Part shown: piece by piece, positions 32,458 to 43,389 of the stretch
Numbering within the stretch: the first letter of the stretch is position 1
Layout of the letters: the number at the start of each line of letters is the position of its first letter
DNA from: an uncultured delta proteobacterium
GTDB taxonomy: Bacteria; Myxococcota_A; Polyangia; Haliangiales; Haliangiaceae
DNA length: 64,000 nucleotides
Reading direction: 5' to 3'
Assembly: GCA_963848295.1 (NCBI GenBank)
Contig: CAWKDB010000002.1
Location: forward strand, 640,001 to 704,000
Notes under the pieces: model-generated
Seen by the model: only the letters and a program-made list of their open reading frames with translations
Databases searched by the model: none
What the model was told of the DNA's origin: nothing
Position numbers and translations under genes: made by a program

Positions 32458-33125
32458 ACGGTCCCGCGGGTAGCGCGCGAGAACAGGATGTTGTTCTCGA
32501 GATGGATGTGCTGCATCAGCTCGGACTCGACGGTCTCGAGGCCGTGGTAGAGCGCCGTCCAGGTCGCGCACGCGTGCGCCGGCAGCCGCAGGTCATCCGT
32601 GAGTTCGCGGATCTTCACGAGCTGTTCGCGATGCGAGTCGTGCTCGCCTTCCATCACCCGGACCGGCATATAGACCGCCTCCCCGCGCTCACCGCGGCGG
32701 ATCATCGGGAACAGGATCTTCTCCTCCTTGCCCATGTGGCTCTGCATCTCGGCGAAGAACTCGGTCAGCACGTCCGCGAGTCCCGATGGAACGCCCGGCT
32801 TGGTCGCGTGGACTCGCTCCACCTTGCGTGCCGCTTCGATCAGCGGAGGCAGGTCGCGGCGGAGGCCGGCGTGGTAGTGACCCTCGATGTGATCGGCGAG
32901 CTCGGTCTGCGACCGGCTCTCCCAACGCGTGGCTGAGTCGCCTCGCGTGGCCTCCTGCTCGAGCTCGGCCGCGATCTCCGCCGGATTCAGGCCGGCGCGC
33001 TCGCATGCCTCCGCCAGCGTGCGGCGGCCACCGCAACAGAAGTCGAGGCGGTGTCGCAGGAAGACGCGAGTCGCCGACGGATTCGCGGCTGCAAGCTCTC
33101 CGAGGGGGGTTGTCATCGGCTGCAT
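32454..33125 (-). CDS. ytfE: Iron-sulfur cluster repair di-iron protein Ric/YtfE
   Basis: LDFCCGG, HYH, HMGKEEKILFP, MEGEHD, ACATW and HIHLENNILF. Confidence 0.95.
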   Translation of the reverse strand: MQPMTTPLGELAAANPSATRVFLRHRLDFCCGGRRTLAEACERAGLNPAEIAAELEQEATRGDSATRWESRSQTELADHIEGHYHAGLRRDLPPLIEAARKVERVHATKPGVPSGLADVLTEFFAEMQSHMGKEEKILFPMIRRGERGEAVYMPVRVMEGEHDSHREQLVKIRELTDDLRLPAHACATWTALYHGLETVESELMQHIHLENNILFSRATRGTV

Positions 33126-33138
33126 GACGACGTCTTTT

Positions 33139-33152
33139 GCATGACCGACTCC
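33139..33152 (-). promoter_or_regulatory. sigma54 -24/-12 promoter of the ric operon
   Basis: Minus strand TGG-AGTCGGTCAT-GCA (GG-N10-GC), 13 nt before ATG 33125, next to the NorR sites. Confidence 0.75.
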
Positions 33153-33183
33153 ACTGCTAACCCCTCGTGATCAGGGGGGACGA

Positions 33184-33237
33184 GTGAGCGCGACAACACG
33201 CCTCGTTGTGGTCCGCACAACACGTTGTACGAATCAC
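33184..33237. promoter_or_regulatory. Three NorR binding sites (GT-N7-AC)
   Basis: Sites at 33184-33194, 33208-33218 (perfect GTTGT-N7-ACAAC) and 33227-33237, between divergent ric and norR. Confidence 0.85.
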
Positions 33238-33239
33238 CT

Positions 33240-34795
<1,556 letters not shown>

Positions 34796-34803
34796 CCGCG
34801 CCA

Positions 34804-34817
34804 GGCACGCGCCTTGC
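34804..34817 (+). promoter_or_regulatory. sigma54-type promoter upstream of the YwiC-like gene
   Basis: AGGCACGCGCCTTGCG, close to the TGGCACG-N4-TTGC consensus. Confidence 0.7.
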
Positions 34818-34826
34818 GTTGACGGG

Positions 34827-35675
34827 ATGGTGATGTCCGCACGTCCGCCTCGCGCCCGGTCGCTGTGGCCTCGAGAGCATGGTGCCTACATCCAGTTGCT
34901 CGTTCCGCTCGTCACGTCGTTGCTCGCGACGGGGGCAACCCGGCCGGGAGTCATGCTCGCGCTCGGTGCGGCATTCGCATTCCTGGCGAGCGAGCCGCTC
35001 AGGGTCACGCTCGGCGGACGCGGACCGCGATTGCAGAAGGTGGCCGGTGCGCGAGCGCGGTCGCGGTTCGCGCTGCTGGGCACGATAGCGGTGATCGCAG
35101 GCGGGACGGGCCTCGCGCTCGCGCCCAGGCCCACCTTCTGGCTGTCCGTGGGGCTCGCGCCAGTGATCGGCTTCGTGATGATCGCGTCGTGCCGCGGGAC
35201 CGTCCAGACGGTGGTTGGCGAGTGCGTCGCGGCTATCGCGCTCGCCGGGGCAGCGGCGCCGGTGGCGGTGGCCGGGGGAATGAACCTCCGCGATGCGCTG
35301 GTGATCTGGTCCGCATGGTCGCTGGCCTACGCGGCGACGGTGATCGTCGTGCACCACGTGATCGCGCATCACCGACGGGCGAGCTCGCTGGCCAATGCCG
35401 GGTCCGGACTTGCGGTGGTCCTCCTCTGCGGAACCCTCGCCGCATGGATCACGGCATTCCCCTTGGCGTCGTTCGCGATTCCGCTGGCGATCGCCGCGGT
35501 GCTGGTGCTCATCTGGGCGCCACGCGCGACACACTTGCGCGCCATCGGAGTCTCGTTCCTGGTGAGCTCGGTCGTCGCCGCGCTGTGCGCGATCACGACC
35601 CTGCGTCGTTCGGCTCGAGACAACGAGCTCGAGGATTCCTTCCGCGCCGCGATGGCCGCGCACCATCCCCGCTGA
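34827..35675 (+). CDS. YwiC-like membrane protein
   Basis: PREHGAY N-terminal motif, multiple TM helices and a C-terminal LRAIGV motif. Confidence 0.85.
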   Translation: MVMSARPPRARSLWPREHGAYIQLLVPLVTSLLATGATRPGVMLALGAAFAFLASEPLRVTLGGRGPRLQKVAGARARSRFALLGTIAVIAGGTGLALAPRPTFWLSVGLAPVIGFVMIASCRGTVQTVVGECVAAIALAGAAAPVAVAGGMNLRDALVIWSAWSLAYAATVIVVHHVIAHHRRASSLANAGSGLAVVLLCGTLAAWITAFPLASFAIPLAIAAVLVLIWAPRATHLRAIGVSFLVSSVVAALCAITTLRRSARDNELEDSFRAAMAAHHPR

Positions 35676-35717
35676 TGGGTCCTGTCGCCGCTTGCTGGCC
35701 GCTCGCAACGTGACGCT

Positions 35718-36191
35718 TCAGGCCGGCTCGGTACTCGCGCGATGGAACTCGACGAAGAACCGCACCTCGCCCTCCGGTACGACGCGATGCAGGACCTCGG
35801 GTACGACGATCCCCGGCACGCCGGGCTCGAGGAGTCGCTCGCAGGCCAACGGCGGTTCGACGATGTAGCGCAACCGACCGGCGAGCACGTGGATCACGCC
35901 CCAGACACCGGGCTTCGTCGAATGATCCTTTCTCAGCCCGTCCGGGATCGAGAGCTGATCGAAATCGCGCGTGCGCTTGTAGGGCACGTGGCGCGCGGGC
36001 AGCTCGAAGCGATCGCAGAGGACGCACGGCAGCTCGACGCCGACTTTCTCGGCGCGACCCTCGGGCGTCAGCACCCACTCGCGAACCCAGAACGGAGGGC
36101 GGTGGCGAACGTGCTGGCCGTGGCCACACCGCAGCTCGGCCACCCAGTCACCGACCTCGTCCTGATGAAACCCGTCGATCACGCGCAACAT
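35718..36191 (-). CDS. DUF3565 + DUF1971 (YeaR/TehB-N-like) fusion protein
   Basis: DWVAELRCGHGQHVRHRPP...CVLC, then YKRT..F...IPDGL...HSTKPGVWG...P...HRV...FFVEF. Confidence 0.85.
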   Translation of the reverse strand: MLRVIDGFHQDEVGDWVAELRCGHGQHVRHRPPFWVREWVLTPEGRAEKVGVELPCVLCDRFELPARHVPYKRTRDFDQLSIPDGLRKDHSTKPGVWGVIHVLAGRLRYIVEPPLACERLLEPGVPGIVVPEVLHRVVPEGEVRFFVEFHRASTEPA

Positions 36192-36193
36192 GC

Positions 36194-37048
36194 TCAAGGC
36201 TTCCCCGGCGACGCGATCAGGGTCCGGACCTCCCACAGCTCGGGAAAGAACGTGAGGTCGAGCGCCTTCTTCAGAAAGCCAACCCCCGAGCTTCCGCCGG
36301 TGCCGGGCGCGAACCCGATGATGCGCTTGACGGTGGTCATGTGGCGGAAGCGCCAGAGCTGGAAGCGCTCCTCGACGTCGACGAGCTTCTCGCACATGTC
36401 GTAGGCGTCGTAGTTGCGCGCCGGGTCGGCGTAGATCGTGCGAACCACTTCGAGCACGCCGGCGCTCGACTCGTAGGGCTGGGTGAAGTCCCTCGCGAGG
36501 CGGTCGGCCGGGACCGCGTGGCCATGGCGAGCGAGCCAGCTCAGGAACTCGTCGTACAGCGAGGGCGACGCGAGCCGGGCCATGAGCTCGGCGTGAATGC
36601 GCGGGTCGTGCCGGTGCGGCTTGAGCGCGTTCGCGTCCTTGTTCCCGAGGACGAACTCGAGCGCGCGGTACTGGTAGCTCTGGAAGCCGCTCGCCTTGCC
36701 GAGCGCGTCGCGAAACTGCGCGTACTCGCTGGGCGTCATCGTCTCGAGGACCGCCCACTGCTCGAACAGCATCCGCTGGATGTGCGCGACGCGCGCGAAG
36801 ATCTTGAACGACTCCGCGAGCCGGTCGGTGCGCACCAGGGTCGCCGCGCAGTCGAGCTCGTGGAGGAGGAGCTTGATCCACAGCTCGCTGGTGTGGTGCT
36901 GGATGATGAACAGCATCTCGTCGTGCACCGTGGTTAGCGGTCGCTGCGCGGCCAGCAGCTCGTCGAGGTGCAAGTAGTCGCCGTACGTCCCGCCCTTGTA
37001 GAGCTCGATGTGGATGCCGGTCTCCAGCTCGCGACGGTTCTCGCTCAT
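36194..37048 (-). CDS. kynA: Tryptophan 2,3-dioxygenase
   Basis: YGDYL.LDELL, HDEMLFIIQH, ASGFQSYQYR, WRFRH and GTGGSSG. Confidence 0.95.
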   Translation of the reverse strand: MSENRRELETGIHIELYKGGTYGDYLHLDELLAAQRPLTTVHDEMLFIIQHHTSELWIKLLLHELDCAATLVRTDRLAESFKIFARVAHIQRMLFEQWAVLETMTPSEYAQFRDALGKASGFQSYQYRALEFVLGNKDANALKPHRHDPRIHAELMARLASPSLYDEFLSWLARHGHAVPADRLARDFTQPYESSAGVLEVVRTIYADPARNYDAYDMCEKLVDVEERFQLWRFRHMTTVKRIIGFAPGTGGSSGVGFLKKALDLTFFPELWEVRTLIASPGKP

Positions 37049-37173
37049 TCGCTCCAGCCGATGCTGGTTCCAGGCCAGCCCACGGAGTTGGATGGATGCC
37101 CAGCCGAGCTTGCAGCCTGCCCCGCAGGAACCATCTTCGCGAACGCCGACGATCTCTCCGAGCTGCTCGTCGA

Positions 37174-38070
37174 CTACCTGCGCGAAGCGAGGTCCGGTGT
37201 GGCGATCATCTCACGGGCGAGCTGCAGCGCCGAGTGCGGCTTCGTGGTCGGCGCGCACCGCGCCAGGATCACCTTCCAGCCGTTCCGCGCGCTCGCCGCC
37301 TCCGCGACGATGCTCGCCACCTCGGCCGAATCCACGCGCTCTGCCGAGATCCGGCGCTTCGAGCCGTACTCGGCCGCCAGTGCTCGGCGCTCGGCCGGGT
37401 TCCTCGCGCGCGTGACGATGCGCGCGTACGCCTCGCACGAGTAGGCGAAGGTCTCGCGCTTCCGGAACTCGATGTCGAGCAGCCACTCCTTGGTGCGCGT
37501 CTCGCGGAGTCTGATCGTCCGTCGCTTGCAGTTGTGGAAGATGTGCGCGGCCTCGTGGACGATGAAGTCGGCGAACGGATCGCCTTCGGCGAAGTAGTCC
37601 GGAGAGACGTAGCAGGTGGTCTCCTCACTCATCCCGACGATGCGCGCGGCCTTCTTGCCCAGCAACTTCGCGCCAACACTGAGCAGATACATGTTCGCGA
37701 TGTCCCACCTGGAGTGATCCCACATGTGATTCAGAAGGATCGACTCGATCGTTTCGCTCGTGACGTAGACGACGGACTTCTCGAACGTCGCGAGCACGAT
37801 GTCCTGCTCGGCGCGCGCGAAGAGCCCGCGCACCATCGGCTCGACCTTGGCGCGCGTGAGCTCGATGCCGACGTTCGCGGGCACCGGCTCGTGGGAGTGT
37901 CCCTTCGCGAGACGACGAACCGCATCGACGAGCGCGCCGCGAAGATCTGCGTCCTGAAGCCGTCCGCGCTCCATGAAGTCGCCCGGCCACGCTCGGGCAT
38001 CCATATCGCTGTCCCCGGTACGGAGGTAGCGCTTGATCTCGTCAGCAATGTTCGGCGTAGGTTTAGGCAT
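37174..38070 (-). CDS. Hypothetical protein with HEXXH zinc-metalloprotease-like motif
   Basis: DFIVHEAAHIF followed about 25 aa later by RETFAY. Confidence 0.6.
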   Translation of the reverse strand: MPKPTPNIADEIKRYLRTGDSDMDARAWPGDFMERGRLQDADLRGALVDAVRRLAKGHSHEPVPANVGIELTRAKVEPMVRGLFARAEQDIVLATFEKSVVYVTSETIESILLNHMWDHSRWDIANMYLLSVGAKLLGKKAARIVGMSEETTCYVSPDYFAEGDPFADFIVHEAAHIFHNCKRRTIRLRETRTKEWLLDIEFRKRETFAYSCEAYARIVTRARNPAERRALAAEYGSKRRISAERVDSAEVASIVAEAASARNGWKVILARCAPTTKPHSALQLAREMIATPDLASRR

Positions 38071-38354
38071 CGTTTCTTGCCGTCGCTCGGGGTGGCGCCT
38101 CGGCAGTCGTCGAGCTGCCTGTCGTGGTCTCGCGTTGGGATTCGTAAACGATCGCCGAGCGAATTTGCAGCAGCTGCTGCAAGATTGGTGATGGAGTCCG
38201 CAGCTGATCGCGAGCACCGACACCGGGAATTCATAGACGGACCGAGCCCGGCAATCGGGCAACGACCGTTGCACAATTGCCGATTCTTTCTCCGGGGGCC
38301 GGGGACAATGTGCCCGGCGTTGCGATCGGCGACGTGGCGCGGCAACCTGCTTCC

Positions 38355-38981
38355 GTGACAATCAACGTCGACACGCCACTCACCGATGACGAGCTCGACC
38401 TGCTCGAGGAGCGGGGGCTCGACGTCCACCACGCTCTCGGCGTGATCCACGCCGTTGGCGTCGCGCCCGGCATGATCCCAACCCCGCAGTGGCTGCCGCT
38501 CGCGTTTGGGGACGCGCCACCAGATCAGACCACGATCGGGCTCGTGCTTCGCCTGTACAACGCGGTCCTCGGCATGCTCTCCAAAGGTCGGGAAGTCATG
38601 ATTCCCGAGGCGGACGACGAGGCTGCTTGCATCGCGTTCGCCTCCGGCTATGTGGCCGCTGCGACACTCGACCCGGCATGGGTCGGACACACCGCGCGGT
38701 GGACGTTCGCCGCGCCGCTCGCGTTTCTCGCCGAGCGCCATGACCTGGTCCCGGCTGGATTCCTCGCCGAGGTTCCGGATCAGCAGGAAGCACGCAAGGT
38801 CGCCCTCCGAGATCTCGGCAAGCTGGTCTACGCGGCCTATCAAAGCTTCGCGAAGGATCGCCTCGCGACGGCCCACGCCGCGCATGCCCGCGCGACCACG
38901 GCACGCGTCGGGCGCAACGAGCCTTGCCCGTGCGGGTCGGGCAAGAAATACAAGCGCTGTTGCATCGAACGAACAACGTGA
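38355..38981 (+). CDS. UPF0149/YecA-like protein with SEC-C motif
   Basis: PGMIPTPQWLP, FASGY and C-terminal GRNEPCPCGSGKKYKRCC. Confidence 0.85.
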   Translation: MTINVDTPLTDDELDLLEERGLDVHHALGVIHAVGVAPGMIPTPQWLPLAFGDAPPDQTTIGLVLRLYNAVLGMLSKGREVMIPEADDEAACIAFASGYVAAATLDPAWVGHTARWTFAAPLAFLAERHDLVPAGFLAEVPDQQEARKVALRDLGKLVYAAYQSFAKDRLATAHAAHARATTARVGRNEPCPCGSGKKYKRCCIERTT

Positions 38982-39013
38982 TCGTTCACGACGGGTTGCC
39001 TCGAGCTGGTCGA

Positions 39014-40198
39014 TCACTTCTTCCGATGGCCGACCTTCGTGCCGGCCGCCTTGGGCTTCGCAGCACGGCGCGTCTCGATGGCGTGGATCGTCTTCTCGAT
39101 CTCCGCGACCAGGACTGGCTCCTTCGGCAACACGGTGCGGTACTCCGCGGCCAGCACTTTGTTCGGCAGGTTCTCGAGCGTGTAGTGCGCGACAGCGCTG
39201 TCCCTCTCGGCGCACAGGATCAGCCCGACCGGTGGGTTCTCGCCCTCGACCATCCAGTGCTCCCGCGCGTAGTTCAGGTAGAGGTGCATCTGGCCGGCGT
39301 CCGCGTGCGTGAGCTTGTCGAGCTTCAGGTCGATGATGACGAGGCAGCGAAGGCGCCGGTGGAAGAACAGCAGATCGATCCGGTACCACGCGTCGCCGAC
39401 ACGCAGCCGTCGCTGGCGCCCCACGAACGTGAAGTCGCCGCCGAGCTCGAGGAGGAATGACTCCAGCTTGGCGATCAGCGCGGACTCGAGGTCGTTCTCG
39501 GAGTACTCGTCCTTGAGGTTCAAGAACTCGAAGAAGAACGGATCCTTGATCTCCTCCTCGGCAGTTATCACGTCATCGGGCATCTGCTCCTGGCCCTTGC
39601 GCAGCATCGCTGCCTTGTTCTTCGAGAGCGCGGTGCGCTCGTAGAACTGGCTGCCGATCTGCCGGTCGAGCTGGCGGACGGTCCAGCCGCCGCGTAGCGC
39701 CTCGGCTTCGTAGAACCGCTGCGCCTCGGGGTTTCGAACCGAGAGCAGACGCACGTAACACGACCAGGGCAGCGGGAAGTGTCCCGCAACGTGGGCCAGC
39801 TCGTTCAGGCCGGCGAATTTTGCAGACACCGTCTGCAATTTCTGGAGTGCCGGCTCGGACCGCGATTCTGCAGACGCTGTCTGCAAAGTCTCGTCTCGAT
39901 GCGCGAGGTAGAAGGCGCGCATGTTGAACACGTTCCGCTGACCGAATCCGCGGCCAAACCGGGACGCGAGGTCCACGGCGAGGCGAGCGACCAGCACGTC
40001 GCCGTAGTCGGCGCGCGCCTTGCCATGCTGCTCCTCCTCGACGATGCGTCGCCCGACCGCCCAGTAGGTCATCGTGATGACGGCATTCGACGTACGAACG
40101 ACCGCGCGCCGGCCGGCATCGATCAACGCGACGACGTCCGCGAGCATCGCATCGTAGCCCGGCGCGACTCTCACGAGACTGGTCTTCTTGCGGGTCAC
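39014..40198 (-). CDS. DUF1016 / YhcG PDDEXK nuclease-domain protein
   Basis: YWAVGRRIVEEEQ.G..RADYG, LPWS.Y, KDPFFFEFL, ELGGDFTFVGRQ, IDLLFFHR, IIDLK and GQMHLY. Confidence 0.92.
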   Translation of the reverse strand: MTRKKTSLVRVAPGYDAMLADVVALIDAGRRAVVRTSNAVITMTYWAVGRRIVEEEQHGKARADYGDVLVARLAVDLASRFGRGFGQRNVFNMRAFYLAHRDETLQTASAESRSEPALQKLQTVSAKFAGLNELAHVAGHFPLPWSCYVRLLSVRNPEAQRFYEAEALRGGWTVRQLDRQIGSQFYERTALSKNKAAMLRKGQEQMPDDVITAEEEIKDPFFFEFLNLKDEYSENDLESALIAKLESFLLELGGDFTFVGRQRRLRVGDAWYRIDLLFFHRRLRCLVIIDLKLDKLTHADAGQMHLYLNYAREHWMVEGENPPVGLILCAERDSAVAHYTLENLPNKVLAAEYRTVLPKEPVLVAEIEKTIHAIETRRAAKPKAAGTKVGHRKK

Positions 40199-40293
40199 GA
40201 CGCCTCCGGCAATTGCGCAAGCGGCGCGTGCGCGATTGGACGTCGAGCCAGGGTGCGCGTCGACTTGCTTGTCCTCTTTCGAGTTGTCGCCAT

Positions 40294-41070
40294 CTAGCTC
40301 GCCTCCTCGCCCAAGCGCACGAGCACTTCCCAGCGCAGGCCGCGAGGGTCGAAGCCGTACGCGGTCACACGGTACTCGCCTGCCCCGACGCGCGCCACGA
40401 GGTCGGCGAGCGCGACCGAACCCGACACATTGAAGCCGCCCAGCTCGGTGAGGTTGCGATACTCGACGAAGCCGTTCGCGTTGTTCTCGTCGGGGATCAT
40501 GAAGTCGCCCTGCATGCGCGCGACGCTGAGACGCGTCGACTGCTTCTCCGGCAACGACATGAGCAGCTGGGACAGTTGTACGGGCGTGACGCGCCGGACG
40601 ACATCCCGAGGGTCGTGGAGCGGCGGTAGCGCGGGCTCGGGACGCTGCAGCTCGCCCGACCACAGGCCGACCAGCCACGTGTGGTAGAGGTCGCGGACGT
40701 CTTCCGGCGGTACGCGCAGCGCGATCACGATCTCGGCAAGCGAGTGGCGCTGCTCGAGACGCTCGAACACGAGCGCCGCGAGCTCGCCCTTCGAGAGCTG
40801 CGCGGCGTTCACCACGGCTTGCTGCGCGTTCCGCGGCGACCGGTGCTCCGCTACCAGCTCCTTCGCAAGCCGCTCGACATCGGACGCCTTGAAGCGGCGC
40901 ACGCTGTTCGCGTCGATCGTCGGGTGCAGACGCGTGCCTTCGAAGCGGCGCACGGTCGAGATGCTGACGTCTAGGCGCTTGGCAACGTCATCGCGGGTCA
41001 ATGCTGCCAAAGACGGCCCGTCGTCGCCCTGTTTTGCGTCTAAACGCTTGGCTTTCTCGCGCTTCGGCAC
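40294..41070 (-). CDS. MerR-like HTH protein, putative excisionase/directionality factor with C-terminal extension
   Basis: LTRDDVAKRLDVSISTVRRFE...RRFKASDVE winged-helix motif; located next to attR. Confidence 0.65.
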   Translation of the reverse strand: MPKREKAKRLDAKQGDDGPSLAALTRDDVAKRLDVSISTVRRFEGTRLHPTIDANSVRRFKASDVERLAKELVAEHRSPRNAQQAVVNAAQLSKGELAALVFERLEQRHSLAEIVIALRVPPEDVRDLYHTWLVGLWSGELQRPEPALPPLHDPRDVVRRVTPVQLSQLLMSLPEKQSTRLSVARMQGDFMIPDENNANGFVEYRNLTELGGFNVSGSVALADLVARVGAGEYRVTAYGFDPRGLRWEVLVRLGEEAS

Positions 41071-41232
41071 CCCAAAACCATACCCTAACCCTCTGATCTT
41101 TAGACCATCCGGAAAGCGCGGAGAAATGCACGACCATGTCAAAAACAGACTAAAAGTCTGTCTGTCATCAGCCTGTCAAGCCTGGCAGACAGACCATTGC
41201 CTGACGCGTGACACCTCGTGGCAGGCAAATCC

Positions 41233-41254
41233 GTTCTACACCGGTTGTACACCC
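41233..41254 (+). repeat. Arm-type repeat pair at the right end
   Basis: GTTCTACACCG-GTTGTACACCC, matching 10504-10525. Confidence 0.7.
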
Positions 41255-41359
41255 GGCCTTTTTCAGTGATCTTGCCAGCCTCGGCGACTGCTCACGTGTT
41301 CAGTGGACCTACGTGTCACAAGATCTCCAAGAATCACGAGTTATTACAGGTATTTCGGC

Positions 41360-41590
41360 AACTACCTCTTCGAGTGGTGCGTGTGGCTGGGCTATGCCGT
41401 GTATGGAATCGCGTTCGCGCCGTGGGGGCTCGTCGCGCTCGTGCCGCAGCTGATCATCCTCGCGAGCATCTGGGGCGTCACCGGCATTCCACCGACGGAG
41501 GCGCAGTCATTGCGCTCGCGCGGTGATGCGTATCGCGAGTACCAGAAGCGCGTGTCGAAGTTCGTCCCGTGGCCGTCGAAGCGCCGGTAG
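41360..41590 (+). pseudogene. attR core plus displaced DUF1295 3' end
   Basis: NYLFEWCVWLGY...GIPPTEAQSLRSRGDAYREYQKRVSKFVPWPSKRR*, homologous to 10243-10470, with no 5' part. Confidence 0.9.
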
Positions 41591-41599
41591 CGCGGCGTC

Positions 41600-41720
41600 T
41601 GGTTTTCGGACAATTTTGCGTTCTACACCGGTCTATCAGACCCCTGTCATTGGCTCCGGTGCCATGATCAAGGATGCACGTTGTCACGGACGGAACGAAA
41701 TCCTTCCAGGTCTACGGTCG
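41600..41720 (+). pseudogene. Degraded integrase leader and first ~19 codons of a second element
   Basis: GTTCTACACCG at 41620. GCCATGATCAAGG(A)TGCACG...CACGGACGGAACGAAATCCTTCCAGGTCTACGG is nearly identical to 10556-10611. Confidence 0.85.
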
Positions 41721-41747
41721 TGCTCTTGTTCGCCGTTGGCCTTGCGT

Positions 41748-41779
41748 CTAACCATTCGGTTAGGTAACCATCTGGTGAG
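41748..41779. promoter_or_regulatory. Tandem palindromic operator of the ArsR-SRPBCC operon
   Basis: CTAACC-ATTC-GGTTAG followed by the imperfect copy GTAACC-ATCT-GGTGAG directly before ATG; TTGCGT -35-like element upstream. Confidence 0.65.
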
Positions 41780-42139
41780 ATGCAAGCCGACGCGTTGAGC
41801 CAGACGTTCGCCGCGCTCGCCGATCCGACCCGCCGCGCGATCTTGAAACGGCTGGCTGCGGGACCCGCGAACGTGAAGGAGCTGTCGCGACCGTTCGACA
41901 TGAGCGGTCCGGCGGTGTGCAAGCACCTGCGCGTCCTCGAGCGTGTGGGCCTGGTCCGGCGCCGTCGAGAAGCGCAGTCGCGCCCGCGCGAGCTCGATCC
42001 CGCGCCGCTCAAGGAGATCGCCGCGTGGACCGACGCGTACCGCGAGCTTTGGGACGCCAGCTTCGATCGGCTGGGTGCTTATCTGAAACAACTGCAGCAA
42101 CCCACCGGAGGGCGCCGTGCGCGTCGCCGTAAGCGCTGA
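41780..42139 (+). CDS. ArsR/SmtB family transcriptional regulator
   Basis: FAALADPTRRAIL, KHLRVLERVGLV and SFDRL. Confidence 0.92.
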   Translation: MQADALSQTFAALADPTRRAILKRLAAGPANVKELSRPFDMSGPAVCKHLRVLERVGLVRRRREAQSRPRELDPAPLKEIAAWTDAYRELWDASFDRLGAYLKQLQQPTGGRRARRRKR

Positions 42140-42638
42140 TCTGATCGACGACCGCGAGTACGCGGCGCCGCCCGAGCTGGTCTTCGAGGCGTGGACCAAG
42201 GCCGAGCACTTCGCGCGCTGGTTCGCGCCCGACAACGTCGAGGTGCCGCTCTGCGAGCTCGATGCGCGCCCCGGTGGCGTGATCCGATTCCAGCATCGCT
42301 GGCCGGAGGGACCGCTCGTCTCGATCCGCGGCGTGTTCGACGAGGTCGTGGCGCCGACGCGCCTGTCGTTCACGTTCACGTTCGTCGATTCGAACGATCG
42401 CCCGATGGTCAACGCGATGATGCCCGAGTGGCCCGTCGGGGCGCACATCGTGATGACGGTGGAGCTAGTTGCCACCGCGCGCGGGACCCGCATGACCGTG
42501 GCGCAGCGGGTCGCCGAACCGGAGCTCGCCGGTTCGGCACCGATCGTGCGCCATCGGAACCTCGCGGCGATCGGTTGGAGCCAGACGGCAAAGCGTCTGG
42601 TCGCGTATCTCGAACGGAGGACACCATGGGACTCTTGA
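42117..42638 (+). CDS. SRPBCC/AHSA1 domain protein
   Basis: REYAAPPELVFEAWT, DARPGG and GW..T..RL. Confidence 0.88.
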   Translation: MRVAVSADLIDDREYAAPPELVFEAWTKAEHFARWFAPDNVEVPLCELDARPGGVIRFQHRWPEGPLVSIRGVFDEVVAPTRLSFTFTFVDSNDRPMVNAMMPEWPVGAHIVMTVELVATARGTRMTVAQRVAEPELAGSAPIVRHRNLAAIGWSQTAKRLVAYLERRTPWDS

Positions 42639-43183
42639 TCTTCAGCATCAACGTCACCCTGGATGGCTGCGTCGACCACCGGGAGGGAATCGCCGACGAC
42701 GAGACCCACGCCTTCTTCACCCACCTCATGGACGAGGGCGGGGCGATGCTGTGGGGCCGCGTCACCTACGAGATGATGGAGAGCTCCTGGCCGGCGATCG
42801 CCCGCGGCGACGCGGAGGCGCCGCCGGCGATGCGCGAGTGGGCGGTCAAGCTGGAGGCCAAGCCGAAGTACGTGGTGTCGTCGACGCGAAACGACTTCCC
42901 CTGGACCAACAGCCACCACATCGCCGGCGACCTGCGCACGGGCGTGCAGAAGCTCAAGAACGCGACCCCGGCCGGCGTGCTCCTGGGTAGCGGCAAGCTC
43001 GCGACCGAGCTGGACCGGCTGGATCTGATCGACGAGTACGAGTTCCTCGTCCACCCCAGGATCGCCGGCCACGGCCCGACCCTGTACCAGAGCGGGCTGC
43101 CCAGCACGCGACGGCTCGAGCTTGTCTCGGCGAAGCCGCTCCGCAGCGGCGCGGTCGCCATGCACTACCGGCGCGCGCGCTGA
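42626..43183 (+). CDS. Dihydrofolate reductase / RibD C-terminal family
   Basis: NVTLDG, WGRVTYEMM, KYVVSST and LIDEY...HP.IAG.G. Confidence 0.9.
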   Translation: MGLLIFSINVTLDGCVDHREGIADDETHAFFTHLMDEGGAMLWGRVTYEMMESSWPAIARGDAEAPPAMREWAVKLEAKPKYVVSSTRNDFPWTNSHHIAGDLRTGVQKLKNATPAGVLLGSGKLATELDRLDLIDEYEFLVHPRIAGHGPTLYQSGLPSTRRLELVSAKPLRSGAVAMHYRRAR

Positions 43184-43389
43184 CTCAGAGCAGCCCCATC
43201 GCGCCCAGCGCGTCGCCGGGAGCCTTCTTTGTTCGCTGCCCTATCCGGTCGGGTTGCGGCGAATCGGCTCGAGGTCGTGCGCACACCGCGATAGACCACG
43301 GCGCCCGTCATGACACCACCGCCTACGAGAAGAAGTTTCGCCGACTACCGCCGCCGTGGGCACACCGAGCTCGCGTGCAGCCCCGCTGG

